Source: Octopus sinensis (Eukaryota). From it: DNA of 64,000 bases. Both the position numbers and the translations under genes were made by a program. This document shows positions 25,217 to 38,899 of this stretch, piece after piece. The stretch spans positions 195,734,001 through 195,798,000 of the forward strand of contig NC_042997.1 in assembly GCF_006345805.1 (NCBI RefSeq). The letters run 5' to 3'. The stretch's first letter is position 1. Every line of letters begins with the position of its first letter. The notes under the pieces are model-generated. The model made no database searches and had not been told where the DNA came from. It was given only the letters and a program-made list of their open reading frames with translations.

Positions 25217-28094
25217 AGACTGGGTTGGTAACCATTCACACCACATCCCTTTCTTCATTCTCACTGAGACCCACCTTGACAACTCCCACTTGGAAGCCGA
25301 AGTGAGAGTGAAGAATTTCACAACCATCCGCGCGGATCGTATCGGCAGGAGGAAGGGTGGAACTGCCATTTTCCTGCATGATTCATTTACGGCAGATGGA
25401 AATAGTATATTCTCCAACGGCTACTGTGAATCAGTCACCGTGCACAACAAAGCCAATGATCTGACAGTGATTGGGCTCTATAGGCCGCCCCAAACACCCA
25501 TACTGTGCTTTAAAGAATGCCTCAACAGCATTAAGTGCTTTATTCAACAGTGCCATTCTAGCAACATACTCATGATGGGAGACTTCAATCTACCCTGTGT
25601 TGACTGGACTACAAACTGTTTGAAACCAAGCACTCCCGCCTCAACCGCTGACAAAGAAGCAGCAGAGTCACTTTTCGACTTTACGAATGAGTTTTTCTTG
25701 TCCCAACTTGTCCTTGCACCAACAAGACATCAGAACATTTTGGACCTAGTGTTTAGTAACCACACTAACACTATACATAACGTTACAGTGGAAAAAACCC
25801 TTCTTTCAGACCATGACATGGTTCTCTGTAACATGAAATTCCACAAGCCGAAAGCTAATCCTAGTGACCTTCCTCCAGCCCACCCATTTGACAACATGGA
25901 TCTCCATAAGCCAACTGGGATGCAATCAGGAACGAGCTATCAAATGTTGACTGGTCCTTTACACATACACACATCTCCACCAACCATAAAACATCTTGGC
26001 AGATCTTTGTAGACACCGTCACAGACATATGTGCAAAACACTCCCCACCAAGACCTGTGAACAAAAAGTGCAGAATCCCCCAAAACAGAAAAACCATTAT
26101 CAGAAAAATAAAAAGAACAAACAAAAAAATTAACAAACTAAAGTACTGCCAACAGCAACACACACATTCGACGGCTATCGCACTGCTTGAATCCAAAAAA
26201 TATAACCTCCAACAATGCATGAAGACCCTCATCAATAACCAAAGATCAGCTGAGGAGAAGTGGGCCATTGAAAAAATCAAACTCAACCCCAAAGTGTTCT
26301 TTTCATTTGCGAGGAGGAAACGCAGGGTCACTGTCTCCACTGTAGGCCCTCTAATTGACGAAACTGGCACTCTCCAAGATAATGCCAAATCCATGGCCGA
26401 GATACTGCAGAAACAATACTGCTCTGTTCTCAGCAATCCTGATATGGCCGATCTGGGCTGTATCAGTGATGTCAACCCCCAACACACTATATCGGACATA
26501 ACGTTTAGTGCCCCTGATGTCTTAGCGGCGATAAACGAAATAAAACACAATTCAGCAGTAGGCCCCGATAGGTTCCCTGCTTGTGTCCTGAAGGTGTGTC
26601 GACACCAACTTGCATCTCCCCTTGCTAATCTGTGGAGAAACTCACTGGATGCTGGCTATATTCCAAAAAACCTTCTGTCCCAGTCTGTGTTGTCCCAGTT
26701 TTCAAAAAGGGAAACAAGTCCCTTGCAGTGAATTACCGTCGATCTCACTCACCTCTCATATCATCAAGGTATTTGAGAGGGTGGTGAGTTCTCAATAACC
26801 CAATTTCTGGAAAGCAACAGACGGCTGATCTCCAACCAACATGGGTTCCGTAATGGAAGGGACTGCCTAACGCAGCTCCTGCATCACTTTGAGGACATTT
26901 TGAGAGCTTTGGGAGAGGGCTCCAACACCGATGTCATCTACCTTGATTTCAGTAAGGCCTTCGACAGGGTGGATCACAAGATCCTATTGAAAAAACTATC
27001 CAACATTGGTGTCTCTGGAAAGTTACTGAAATGGATGAAGTGTTTCCTGACAGACAGATCTCAACATGTTGTAGTTGAAGGGGTAAAATCAAGCCCAGCC
27101 AAAGTCAGTAGTGGCGTTCCGCAAGGCACTGTGCTGGGCCCACTTCTTTTCATCATTTACATTAATGACATTAATGACATCATCAAGCACAGCAACATAA
27201 AAATCTTTGCAGATGACTCCAAGCTACAGAAGGTCATAAATGAGGCGAGTGACCGGACATGCCTTCAGTCAGATCTACTGGCTGTTATCCAATGGGCAGA
27301 AAAAAACAATATGCTGCTGAACGAGGATAAATTTGAGCTAATCCACTTTGGAAAAGAGGATGCCCTGAAACTCCCATACTCCCTTCCTTCAGGTGAAACT
27401 CTCGCGGCGTCCAACAACATCAGAGACTTGGGAGTAATTGTGGACAACAACGTAAGCTGGGCCACTCATATAAACACCAAAGTTGACATGGCCCGCAGAA
27501 TGTGTTCCTGGATTCTCAGAACTTTCCAGTCGAGAGATATCCACACCATTATCCTTCTCTTCTCCACTTTTGCCCGACCCCACCTTGAATACTGTTGTCC
27601 ACTGTGGTCTCCCCACACAATACAAGGTATCATAAAAGTCGAAGCACCTCAAAGGACAATCACAAAAAAGATAGATGGCATGACAGGCCTCGACTATTGG
27701 GGTCGACTAGAAAAGCTAAAACTCTATTCTCTCCAACGTCGTCGTGAGCGCGCTACATCATCTGCATGATGTGGAAAATATTCCATCAGCATTGCCCAAA
27801 TGATGTTGGCATCACCTTTAAGGTACATCCAAGGCTTGGGCCCCGTGCCATCCGCCCAAAAAAAAATCGCACTCTCATCTCATAACAACAATACGGCACA
27901 ATTATTTCACCTCAATTGGCCCCGCTCTCTTTAACATTACACCAAAACACATTAAAACAGAAAGTGACCCTATAGGGTTCAAGAAGTCTTTGGACAGATT
28001 CCTTCAAGAAATCCCGGATAAACCCCCTACACCCGGATATGTCTCTGTAAACAATAACTCTCTACTTGAGTGGGCCATAGTGCCCAAATTCTGA
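25074..28094 (+). CDS. LINE ORF2, APE endonuclease + reverse transcriptase, broken by at least 5 small indels
   Basis: LNAQG, ILTETHL, RADR..KGG, GLYRPP, MGDFNLP, ILDLVF, SDHDMV (APE); GPDRFP, PVFKKG, NYR(P)ISLTS, YLDFSKAFDRVDH, SGVPQGTVLGPLLF, FADDSKL, LYSLQRRRER (RT). Confidence 0.9.
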
Positions 28095-28181
28095 CTTGAA
28101 AGACTTCACCAGGTGGTGCTATTAAGTTAGACATGGCCTGGGCCAATAATGGCCGAAACCTATCAAAGTATCAAAGTATAA

Positions 28182-28202
28182 GTATATATATGTACATTTA
28201 TA

Positions 28203-28241
<39 letters not shown>

Positions 28242-28740
28242 GTATGCATATATGTATAATATATATGTGTGTGTACATATATAATATATATGATATATAT
28301 ATTTATATATGTATAATATATATATGTATATATGTAATATATATATATAGTATAAATATATGTATAGATGTATGTATATATAGTATAATAGTTATATATA
28401 TATATATATATCAATATATGTATATATGTATGTATAATATAATATATAAGTATATATATATATATATGTATACATATATATATATTTATATATATATATA
28501 GTACATATATACTATATATTTATATATATATATAGTTACATATATTATATTGTATAAAATATATATCATATATATATATACACATATATATCTATATATT
28601 ATGTATAAATATACATATATATATACATATATATATATAATATATATATATTATATATATATAATATATATTATATATATATATAATATATAATATATAG
28701 ATATTATATATATATATGTATTATGTATGTACATGTCAAA
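28182..28740. repeat. (TA)n-rich tract
   Basis: Direct reading. Confidence 0.9.
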
Positions 28741-29031
28741 TTGATTGGTGGTAGGGACTCTATATTTTGTTTTGCAAGCACAATATACATCCAAAGACAT
28801 TAGAGATATACAAGTGAATTATGTGTCTTCTTTTCTGGGTTAACAGTGTGATGCAAACACTTTTAAGTTACTTCAGGTGGTGGCTCTAAATTTTATATGA
28901 AATCTGTAGCGATAACGTGAAAGTGATCTCTATCTCTTCCTCATTCTGCATATATATATATATATGTATCCGTATGTATGTGTGTTTGCATGTGTATGTG
29001 TTTGAGTGTGTTTAGATATGTATTCATATAT

Positions 29032-29428
29032 ATCCTTATATATAAAAGTGAGGTTGTGTGCTGTCTGTCTCCTACGATTTAGATTCCTAACTACTCCCAC
29101 ATTTTGCGGTACAGTGTAACCAAAACCGGGTATCTTATAGTCGTGAGTCATATCGAGCCCTTCTGGGTATTAGCGCGTGTCTACGATGAGTCTACGATTA
29201 AAAAAAAAATTACCATCAATTTTTCCCATTTTTAATGCATTTTTTGGCATATAAAAGGGAAGTAACTCTCTGAAAATGTATTATTAAATCTCAGAACGTA
29301 AAAAGCTACAGTAACCCCCCCCCTTTGTGGTTAGCCATATTGAGATGGCTATTATACTTTGCATCTCTAAAGATGCTTATATAGTTATTTCCCTTACAAA
29401 CCGAGCAACGCCGGGCGATACTGCTAGT
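29032..29428 (-). mobile_element. ~400-bp non-autonomous Helitron/Helentron-like element
   Basis: Reverse complement closely matches 53201-53596 over its whole length; ACTAGCAGTATCGCCCGGCGTTGCTCG start. Confidence 0.7.
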
Positions 29429-30301
29429 ATATATATATATATATTGCTAAATTTTTCTTGAGCATATTTCTTAGTGGTAAGACCATAGTGGATCTATTTC
29501 TAGCATAAGGGTGTCCACATAGTGATCCATCCATATACATTGTATTGCAGCTAACTGTTGTAGCTATGTTCTATATTCTATCCAATAGTTAACATACGTA
29601 TCATATTAATATTCAACAGGAAGAAAGCAAATATATGTCATTACGATAACCGCCCTAAGCAAAATAATAACAATCGCAGCTACGTTCCGCCTTACAGCTA
29701 CTGTAACAGCTTGCACAAATTTATATATAGGTGTACGAGTGTATGTGTATGTGTGTGTATTTCAAGATCATAGTTATGACGTTATTGTTACAGGTCTACT
29801 AGAACACGTGACAAAATACTGTTCAGGTTTCAAATCCCCGCTGAGCTCGATTTTTTTTCTTTCTTTTATCTTTCTGATATCAATAGAATAACTCTCGGTC
29901 ATGTTTTGAAATAGCTTCGATCCACAGTTCTTCCCCGCATTTACACACAATGCGCCGTTTTGCTTTAATCAATGTAAGGAATTTAATATTGAATCGAACA
30001 GACAACTGTGAGAATGATTGCGGTAAAAGAGGCCATCCTGCAGTGTCGTGACAATTACACAGTTTCAATTCTAGGTTGAGCTAAGTTCATTTGACTTATG
30101 TTATTATTTCTGCCCTACGGGAGATTATAAACGTGACAAGCCTTACTTAGTATTAACGTGCTCTGGCACGGCTTAAGGCGTGATAAAGAAGACAAAGACA
30201 GCATTTAAACAAATGAAATAACTCGTAACTCCCAAATAATTGCAACTTTATTACTACTCAAGAGAGACCGCAATGTATTGTAAGTCTGGTACCCGTGAGT
30301 A

Positions 30302-30560
30302 GTGAGGGCGAGTGGCCTGGTGGTTAGGGTGTTGCACACACGAATACGAGATCTGGGTTCGATTCTCGCACCGGGCGGAGATTTTTGTTCTTAGGCAAAT
30401 CACATCGTGTTAGGCTGTTCTACGATCATGATCATTTCAATATTTGTCGTCTGACACATCGTGCACATATAAAGGCAAATGTCAATTTGATGGAGGGAGT
30501 GAACTAATGTACAGTACATGCATTTATTTGATCGTGATAAACAAATCATCTGTGCAATTA
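30302..30560 (+). mobile_element. tRNA-derived SINE (diverged, third family group)
   Basis: A-box tggcctggtggttagg and B-box gggttcgattctc. Confidence 0.55.
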
Positions 30561-30664
30561 TAGCAACACGAAAATTGGGTAATTCTCATTCTTTTGGTAC
30601 TATTTGAGAGTTAAGCGAAAAGAGAAAAAATGAAAAAAACATGATAAGACATGCGCTCTAAACT

Positions 30665-31095
30665 AGTGAATCAGTATATATTTCCTTACTGCCCACAAGC
30701 GGCTAAACATAGAGGGGACAAACAAGGACAGGCAAAGGGATTAAGTCAATTACATCGACACCAGTGCGTAAATGGTACTTATTTTATCGACCCCGAAAGG
30801 ATAAAAGGCAAAGTCGACCTCGGCAGAATTTGAACTCGGAACGTAACGACAGACGAAATACCTATTTCTTTACTACCCACAAGGGGCTAAACACAGAGGG
30901 AACAAACAAGGACAGACAATTGGATTAAGTCGATTATATCGATCCCAGTGCGTAACTGGTACTTATTTAATCGACCCCGAAAGGATGAAAGGCAAAGTCG
31001 ACCACGGCGGAATTTGAACTCAGAACGTAACGGCAGACGAAACACCGCTAAGCATTTCGCCCGGCGCGCTAACGTTTCTGCCAGCTCGTCGCCTT
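30665..31095 (-). mobile_element. SINE-A tandem dimer
   Basis: Full copy plus truncated unit with the same aaata|ggtatttcg junction. Confidence 0.9.
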
Positions 31096-31594
31096 TTCTA
31101 GTGAGTCAGTATATTGACGGCTTTTTCGAAATCCTCTTTCTTCTTTTGCCTCAGTTATACTCCTGAGAAAGCCATGAATGTTTTACGTTCTAATTTCTTT
31201 ATAAATTCATACATTACTTTCAAACCGGGGAACAATTTTACAGATTACTTTATGTGGAAAGCAAAACGATTATTTCATAAGAACTGTAAGATTGTGTCAT
31301 GTCATGGTTAAGAAACGTCGATGATTATCAGAAAATAAAATTTTCAAATCATATATGCTATATTACTAATCTTTGTAGGAAAGACGCCATAGTCTAGTCT
31401 CACATACAATTTCTTCCCTGCACATGCACCCCACCCCACCCCACCCCACAAGCACGCACTCACACAATCACATTCACCCACCCACATACAGATACTCACT
31501 CACAAACACACACGCGCGCATACACATGAAAAAGCAAAATCTTTGAAGTTTTAGTATGGAAAAGTTTATATGGAAGACTATTATTTGTATATTA

Positions 31595-31810
31595 AGGCGT
31601 CGGGCTGGCAGAAACGTTAACACGCCGGGCAAAATGCTTAGCAGTGTTTCGTCTGTCTTTATGTTCTAAGTTCAAATTCCACCGAGGTCGACTTTGCCTT
31701 TCAGCCTGGGTCGATAAATAAAGAACCAGATGCTTACTGGTGTCGATCTAATCGACTGGCCTCTTCCCCCAAAATTTCAGGCCTTGTGCCTAGAGTAGAA
31801 AAGAACTATA
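31595..31810 (+). mobile_element. SINE-A (ccccaaaatttc..gtagaaaag 3' variant)
   Basis: Family head and alternative 3' end. Confidence 0.8.
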
Positions 31811-31971
31811 TATATATATATATCTATACACACACACACATTTTTGATAAATTTGGCGGTGATGTAAAGTTGTCTTGACCGATTGGAGAGTTTAATTCAT
31901 CACACATTTCAACCACACAATAATGATATATTGTATATATATATATATATAATATAATATATATATATATA

Positions 31972-32963
31972 TATAAGAAAAAAAAGGTTTGAAAATGCAA
32001 TTTAAACGATGTTTATTTACTTAACCGGTTTCACTCTTTGGTAAAAGATTGTCAAAAGTTACATTTAAGGGAACATTGAATAATATGGGTTCAAAAAAAA
32101 GTTTTTTACATAATTGTCACATTGAGTATTATGCATTCAAAAAGGTTTTACATAATTGTCACATTGAGTATTATGCATTCAAAAAGGTTTTTACATAATT
32201 GTCACATTGAGTATTATGCATTCAAAAAGGTTTTTACATTTGTCACATTGGATATTATGATTCAAAAATGTTTTTTTATACATAATTGTCACCTTACATG
32301 TATAGATATAGTGTTTGGTAACAGAGAAGTTCAATAGTGTGATGAGAATATTTGGGAAAATTGGCAGAAAAGGATAAAACAATATATTATTGGGAATTGG
32401 TTGCGTTAATTATTGGTTGTCGCAAATTGTCACATTACATGTATTATAATACAATCTTCGGTATATATATACAGCCTTTTGACAGCAAAAATTAGAATGG
32501 CTTTTTTATACATCTCAGAATATTTAAGTACAAGGCGAGAATATGTTTTTACTGACCTGTTGGGATTAGCAGAAAGGCTGAACTGAGAGAACAGAGGAAG
32601 TAGCCAATGTGGTGTATACTTCCCCTTTATGCATGAATGATTTTGGGGTTATCAGGAGGTTAGTATGAGGGTGTGAATAGATGTGTCCGTGCCCGCTGGT
32701 CAGATAGCGTCTGTTTGTCACACACATATATATACACACACCACAAACACACAAAACAACACACACCCACACACACACACAACAACACACACACACACAA
32801 CATAGTAAACAAACACACACCACATACAAACAAAAACACACACACACACACACAGAACACACACACCCACACACAACCACCCACATATATCACATATACA
32901 CACACACAAATATAATATGTATCTATATATAACATACAGATATATAACACAACATACACACAC

Positions 32964-33011
<48 letters not shown>

Positions 33012-33178
33012 TAATACATAATATAAATATCACACAAAATACACCTAGCATATATATACACACATACAATATACACATACAGCATGTAAGCAATATACAT
33101 ACCACATATATGCATGCAATATACATACGCAGTACATAATTAATATATATATATAGACAATGCATATACATATATAAC
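31972..33178. repeat. Left arm of ~1.2-kb inverted repeat (partner ~35640-36864), including a ~41-bp tandem minisatellite
   Basis: aagaaaaaaaaggtttgaaaatgcaatttaaacgatg... is reverse-complemented at 36864 and colinear through to ~33178; unit ttacataattgtcacattgagtattatgcattcaaaaaggtt about 4 times. Confidence 0.9.
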
Positions 33179-33180
33179 TA

Positions 33181-34560
33181 TACATGAATTGGACTGGAAG
33201 CCATTAAATTTGGCTGGATAAATATCCCAATGAGATCCCGGAAAGAATTAAAAAAGAATTCATAATTGAGGGCCTCAAATTTATTCTGCAAAACAACTTC
33301 ATGTATTTCCACAAAACACTTACAGACAGGGTCTCAGGTACTGCAATGGGTACGAAGTTGCACCTACCTATGCAAAACCTGGTGATGGCCTACCTGGAAT
33401 CACATATCTATGAAAAATCCAAATATAAGTACGGCCAGTCTTTCCACAAATACCTGTTGGAGAACTGGGAAACGCTACTTAGATGATTGCCTCATCCTAT
33501 GGTCCCACACACTCGACCAAACTTATAGACTTCAAAAACCTTATCAACAGTGTAAATAACAACATTCAATTCACAATGGAATATAGTCAGGACCAACTCC
33601 CTTTTCTTGACATCCTAATCATTAAAAAAGGCGTCAACATTGAAACTGACATCCATTACAAACCACTGACTCTAAACAATACCTTCTATTCACCTCCAAT
33701 CACCCAAAACACACAAAGACCAAAATTCCCCTTCAACCTAGCGAGAAGAATCTGCACTAAGTCTCAAATGACACAACACGAAATAGAAGACTCCGGGAAC
33801 TAAGGGCAATTCTTCTCGAAAGACCATTACCCGGCATCACTAGTAGACAACGGATAGAACACGGGCCAAATCAATCAACATTCAAGACCTTCGAAAACCC
33901 AAACACATCCACAGTACAGTCAATAGCCTCCCTTTCTTCAACACACAACCCAAGGAATGCAGAAGCTTACACCTATATAACAACAACTGTCCACAACTAA
34001 ATCAAGACCCCACGCCTGAAAAAAATACTGGCAGCTCATAAAATAATAAAAAAGTAAGAGACAACCTAAATCCCTAAAAAACCTCCTCACCAACGCAAAA
34101 TTACACAACACAAAACCCCACCGCCCCCCACACATCATAAAATGTGGTCGCCCCAACTGCAAGACCTGCATCCACCTCATTGAGGGATCATCGTACAAGT
34201 TCCACTCGGGACACACATTCATCACAAAAAATAATTTCCCGTGCGCATCAAAAAATTTACTCTACGTCATAAGGTGTGAAGGATGCCACGAAGATTACAT
34301 AGGGCAAACGAGCCTACCCTCAGAGACAGAATGACAGTTCACCGACAACAACTGAGGGACCCTCCACAAGACAGATACCACTAAGGGACACTTAGACCTT
34401 TGTGCCACACAATAAGTCCCCCAAATTCTTAGTCTTTCCCACCTATACCAATGCTCGGACAACACCACAGACCAACCACGATATAAATAAGGAAAGTAAT
34501 CTTATTCCAAAATACAGACCACAACCTAAACATACTCTAACATACCCCTGGAAACCACAT
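33181..34560 (+). mobile_element. Penelope-like retroelement, 5'-truncated (RT + Cys-rich GIY-YIG), heavily frameshifted
   Basis: LEAIKFWLDKYP..FILQNNFMYF, GTAMGTK, RYLDDC (33473), IQFTMEYSQDQLPFLDILI..ETDIHYKP, CGRPNCKTC, LYVIRCEGCHEDYIGQT, RMTVHRQQ. Confidence 0.9.
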
Positions 34561-34679
34561 CCAGAGCAAACACACAGGGACGCGGCGCACGCTCACAGCA
34601 TATCGTGCGGGGGGGGCACATGCGCGCATCGGCACGCATAGGATACACTAGCGGCATGCTTGACCACACACATACGTGG

Positions 34680-35640
34680 CATGCACCGCATGCATTATAT
34701 ATATGGAGGTGATGTATGTGTGTGAGTGTTGGTGTGTGTGTGTGGGGTATGTGTGTGTGTGTGTGTGTGTGTGCACGTGTGTGTGTTGTGTGTGCGCGGG
34801 TGTATTATATATATATGTGTGTGTGTGTGCATGTGTGGCGTGTGTGTGTATGTGTGTGCGTGCGCGCACGTTGTGTGTATGTGTGTGTGCACGTGTGTAT
34901 ATATGTGTGTGTGTGTGCACTGTGTACGGGGGTGTTTTGTGTATGTGTGGGTGTGTGAGCATTATGTACGTATGTATATATTTAACATGTGTATTGTTTT
35001 TAAATATATATTATATATATATTATGTGTATGTGTGTTGTGTGTGTATATGATGGTATGTGTGTATATGTTAGTACTTGTTTGTGTGGTGTGTGCAGCAT
35101 GTAGAGATATATTTGAGTGGTACGCTATAAGTTGTAATTTGTGTGTGGGGGGGGGAATTTTTTTATATATATATATATGTATGTGTAGTGTGTGAAAAAA
35201 TATATGTATGTGCATGTATGTATGTATGTATGTGTGTATATATATATATATATATGTGTATATATGTGTATGTGTGTATGTGGTGTGTGGTATATGTATT
35301 GCTTGTTTATGTGGTGTATAAACATGTACATTATTGCCTGAGCATTGTGTATAGTATATTGTATGTATGTGTATTGTATATGTATGTGTACAATTAAGTG
35401 TATATATGTGTGTGTAGTTGTGTGCAGTGTATATATGTATATTGTAGGTGTGTATATATGATGTGAATACATGTATGTGCATTGCGTGTGTATATATGTA
35501 TACATTGTGTATGTATGTTATGTGTGTGTGTGTGTATTATACATTATATGTCATGCGTACGTGTATGTGTATGCGTTGTTGTATGTGGATTGTGGGTATA
35601 TGTGGTACATCTATGTATTGTGTATGTAAACACTATTTAT
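34680..35640. repeat. Degenerate (GT)n/(AT)n low-complexity tract
   Basis: Direct reading. Confidence 0.9.
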
Positions 35641-36081
35641 AGTATATGTGTATATATGTATATGCATTGTCTATATATATATATTATATGTATGTACTGC
35701 GTATGTATATTGCATGCATATATTGTGTATGTATATTGCTTACATGCTGTATGTGTTATTGTATGTGTGTATATATATGCTAGGTGTATTTGTGTGATAT
35801 TTTATTATGTATGTATGTGTGCGGGTGTGTTGTGTGTGTGTGTGTGTGGTGTGTGTGTGTGTTTGGGTGTGTGGTGTGTATGTGTGTTATATATCTGTAT
35901 GTTATAATAGATACATATTATATGGTGTGTGTGTGTGTATATGTGAATATGTTGGGTGCGTTGGTGTGGGTGTGTGTGTTTGTGTGTGTGTGTGTGTGTG
36001 TTGTTTGTATGTGGTGTGTGTTGGTTTACTATGTGTGTGTGTGTGTGTGTTGTTGTGTGTGTGTGTGTGTTGTTGTGTGGT

Positions 36082-36115
<34 letters not shown>

Positions 36116-36864
36116 TGTGTGACAAACAGACGCCTATCTGACCAGCGGGGCACGGACACATCTATTACACCCCCAACACCTCTGATAACCCAAAATTCAT
36201 CATGCATAAAGGGGAAGTATACACCACATTGGCTACTTCCTCTGTTCTCTCAGTTCAGCCTTTCTGCTAATCCCAACGGTCAGTAAAAAACTATTCTCGC
36301 CTTGTACTTAAATATTCTGAGATGTTATAAAAAGCCATTCTAATTTTTGCTGTCAAAAGGCTGTATATATATACCGAAGATTGTATATATACATGTAATG
36401 TGACAATTTGCGACAACCAATAATTAACGCAACCAATTCCAATAAATATTTGTTTTATCCTTTTCTGCCAAATTTTCCCAAATATTCTCATCACACTATT
36501 GAACTTCTCTGTTACAAACACTATATCTATACATGTAAGGTGACAAAATGATTAAAAAAACATTTTTGAATTCATAATATCCAATGTGACAATTATGTAA
36601 AAACCTTTTTGAATGCATAATACTCAATGTGACAATATGTAAAACCTTTTGAATGCATAATACTCAATGTGACAATTATGTAAAAACCTTTTTGAATGCA
36701 TAATACTCAATGTGACAATTATGTAAAAAACTTTTTTTGAACCATATTATTCAATGTTCCCTTAAATGTAACTTTTGACAATCTTTTACCAAAGAGTGTT
36801 GAAACCGGTTAGTTAAGTAAATAAACATCGTTTAAATTGCATTTTCAAACCTTTTTTCTTATAT
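35640..36864. repeat. Right arm of ~1.2-kb inverted repeat
   Basis: Reverse complement of 31972-33178; differences are mostly small indels. Confidence 0.9.
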
Positions 36865-36897
36865 AATCCCACTCGTGCGATACCACCACAACTCAAC

Positions 36898-36938
<41 letters not shown>

Positions 36939-37336
36939 GCACACAATAATAGAGTGGCTTATTCGCAATATTACGACCAAACGGCGGAAATATTGAAGTC
37001 ACTAAAGTGACAAAGGTCACTGGTCGGCACCAGCAATGCTAGAAATAAGAGTGAAAACAACTCATAGCCATGATAATACACTTGTTTTAATGAGTTACAA
37101 GGGCGGGAGCAAGCTCTCTACAACATCTCGGCATAGCCAGATCAGCAGTGATTTCGCATCTTAATCAATGTTCACCTGTGGCTCTCACCAGGAGCCTAGG
37201 GTTAAACTCAATTCGCCTGGTCAGTTTATGAAATTACCGTAGAAAGCACGGTGATTTCATAAATGGATTGGGAAGGGAGCCAAGCTCCCCAAAACATCCG
37301 GTCGTGGCCAGATCACCACGATACATACATACATAC

Positions 37337-37371
<35 letters not shown>

Positions 37372-37428
37372 AAACATACACACACACATATTTATATACA
37401 AATATATATGTGTGTGCTATATATATAT

Positions 37429-37511
<83 letters not shown>

Positions 37512-37546
37512 GTATATAAGTCCATACACACACATACTTATATGAA

Positions 37547-37578
<32 letters not shown>

Positions 37579-38899
37579 TGGGTATATATACATATATATT
37601 CACACGGATGCTACATTTTCATAATCTCCGATATAAATAATAAAATTACATATATTAGCCAGAAAAGTCCGCAATATATATATTTCATATATACCTGCAT
37701 ATACCACAGATAGCCGTGAATTATGAGATAGCAAAAGCTTGTTAAGGGGAGCCACACTTTTCCTAATTGTTCAGATGCTTACGTAGTCGAGAGAGGTTAT
37801 CCACAACGTCTCCGCCCTACAACCCTTGATCTAACAGAACTTCCAGGACATGATTTTACAATTGGCAGAGACAAGGCTGCCCTCCCGCCCACTTGTTACT
37901 CATTACACAACATACCTCCCTGTCCTTGAATTGAACCTAGGACCTCAGCGTTACAAACATTGGAAACACACACACACACCGCTAAACCACATACCCTCCC
38001 ATACTTACACATATATTCTAATTATTTGCTAGAAATTGTATATATCGGTTTCAATTCGAAACCGATATATACAATTTCGGTAGTAATTCGAATACACTTG
38101 CCCGAGGGCTCGACTGGTAATCATTTTATCAGCCCCCCACGAAAAGTTAAAAGGCAAAGTCAACTACAGCAGAATTTGAACTCAGAACGTAAAGACAGAC
38201 AAAATGGCGCTATGCATTCTGCCCCTCGGCGCCTTAGAATTTGTATCTTTTTAATTATCCATTGTTTGTAGTTACAATGTATATTCTAAGTGTTATAACG
38301 TTTACTCTTAGAATAGAGAACCCCAACGAATATTTATTGTAACAAAATCTCCTCAATCTACATCTTTTTAGTTACCCAGTTTAATTTCTCAACAGAAAGC
38401 TAATAAAACCAATTACAAACTCATCCTTATTCTGATCTATCTTCTCAATCATGGGTATTGTCAGTAAATATTCCTTTGTGAATCCTAAAACAACACAAAA
38501 TGCAATTATATATACGAAGAATGTCTTCATCATAATACGACACTTCCTAACTAAAACCTAAACAGTAACAAAATTCCTATATCAAACAAAAATAACTCGC
38601 TTAACCTTTCTTACAAGTGTATACTTTCTTCCTATCAATTTTCATTTACGTAACGTATAATTTCCTTCTGTCCTTCCCTGTACTTTACGCCCACCATACA
38701 CAAGTACATCTGCTTGTCTAAATCAAGCGTAATTGTCATATTACCATGACACCTTCTAACAAATACCCAAAGACATTATAAAGTCAGAATCAATCAAGGT
38801 AAATACCAATCTGACGAAGGTGAGCAAGCAAAAACGTCGTAGTAATTGCCGATATTGCAAAAGTTGAAGTGTGTGAATATATATATATATGTGCATGTG

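Larger units (their letters stand above)
23521..28182 (+). mobile_element. Near full-length CR1-group LINE (5' UTR, ORF1, ORF2 APE+RT, (TATCAAAG)2 tail)
   Basis: Colinear ORF1 and ORF2 and a short-repeat tail tatcaaagtatcaaagtataag; flanked on both sides by (TA)n. Confidence 0.9.

Noticed and set aside
32105-32295. 41-bp repeats as a CRISPR-like array
   Set aside because: Units are contiguous with no unique spacers, and the context is eukaryotic
32432-32470. Hammerhead-like ccgaaga-t-tgtattataataca-t-gtaat in the inverted arm
   Set aside because: Two core changes and no helix I pairing
38806-38845. ctgacgaaggtgagcaagcaaaaacgtc as a hammerhead
   Set aside because: CUGACGA and ACGUC are present, but G12 is lost and helices I and II do not pair; at best a decayed copy
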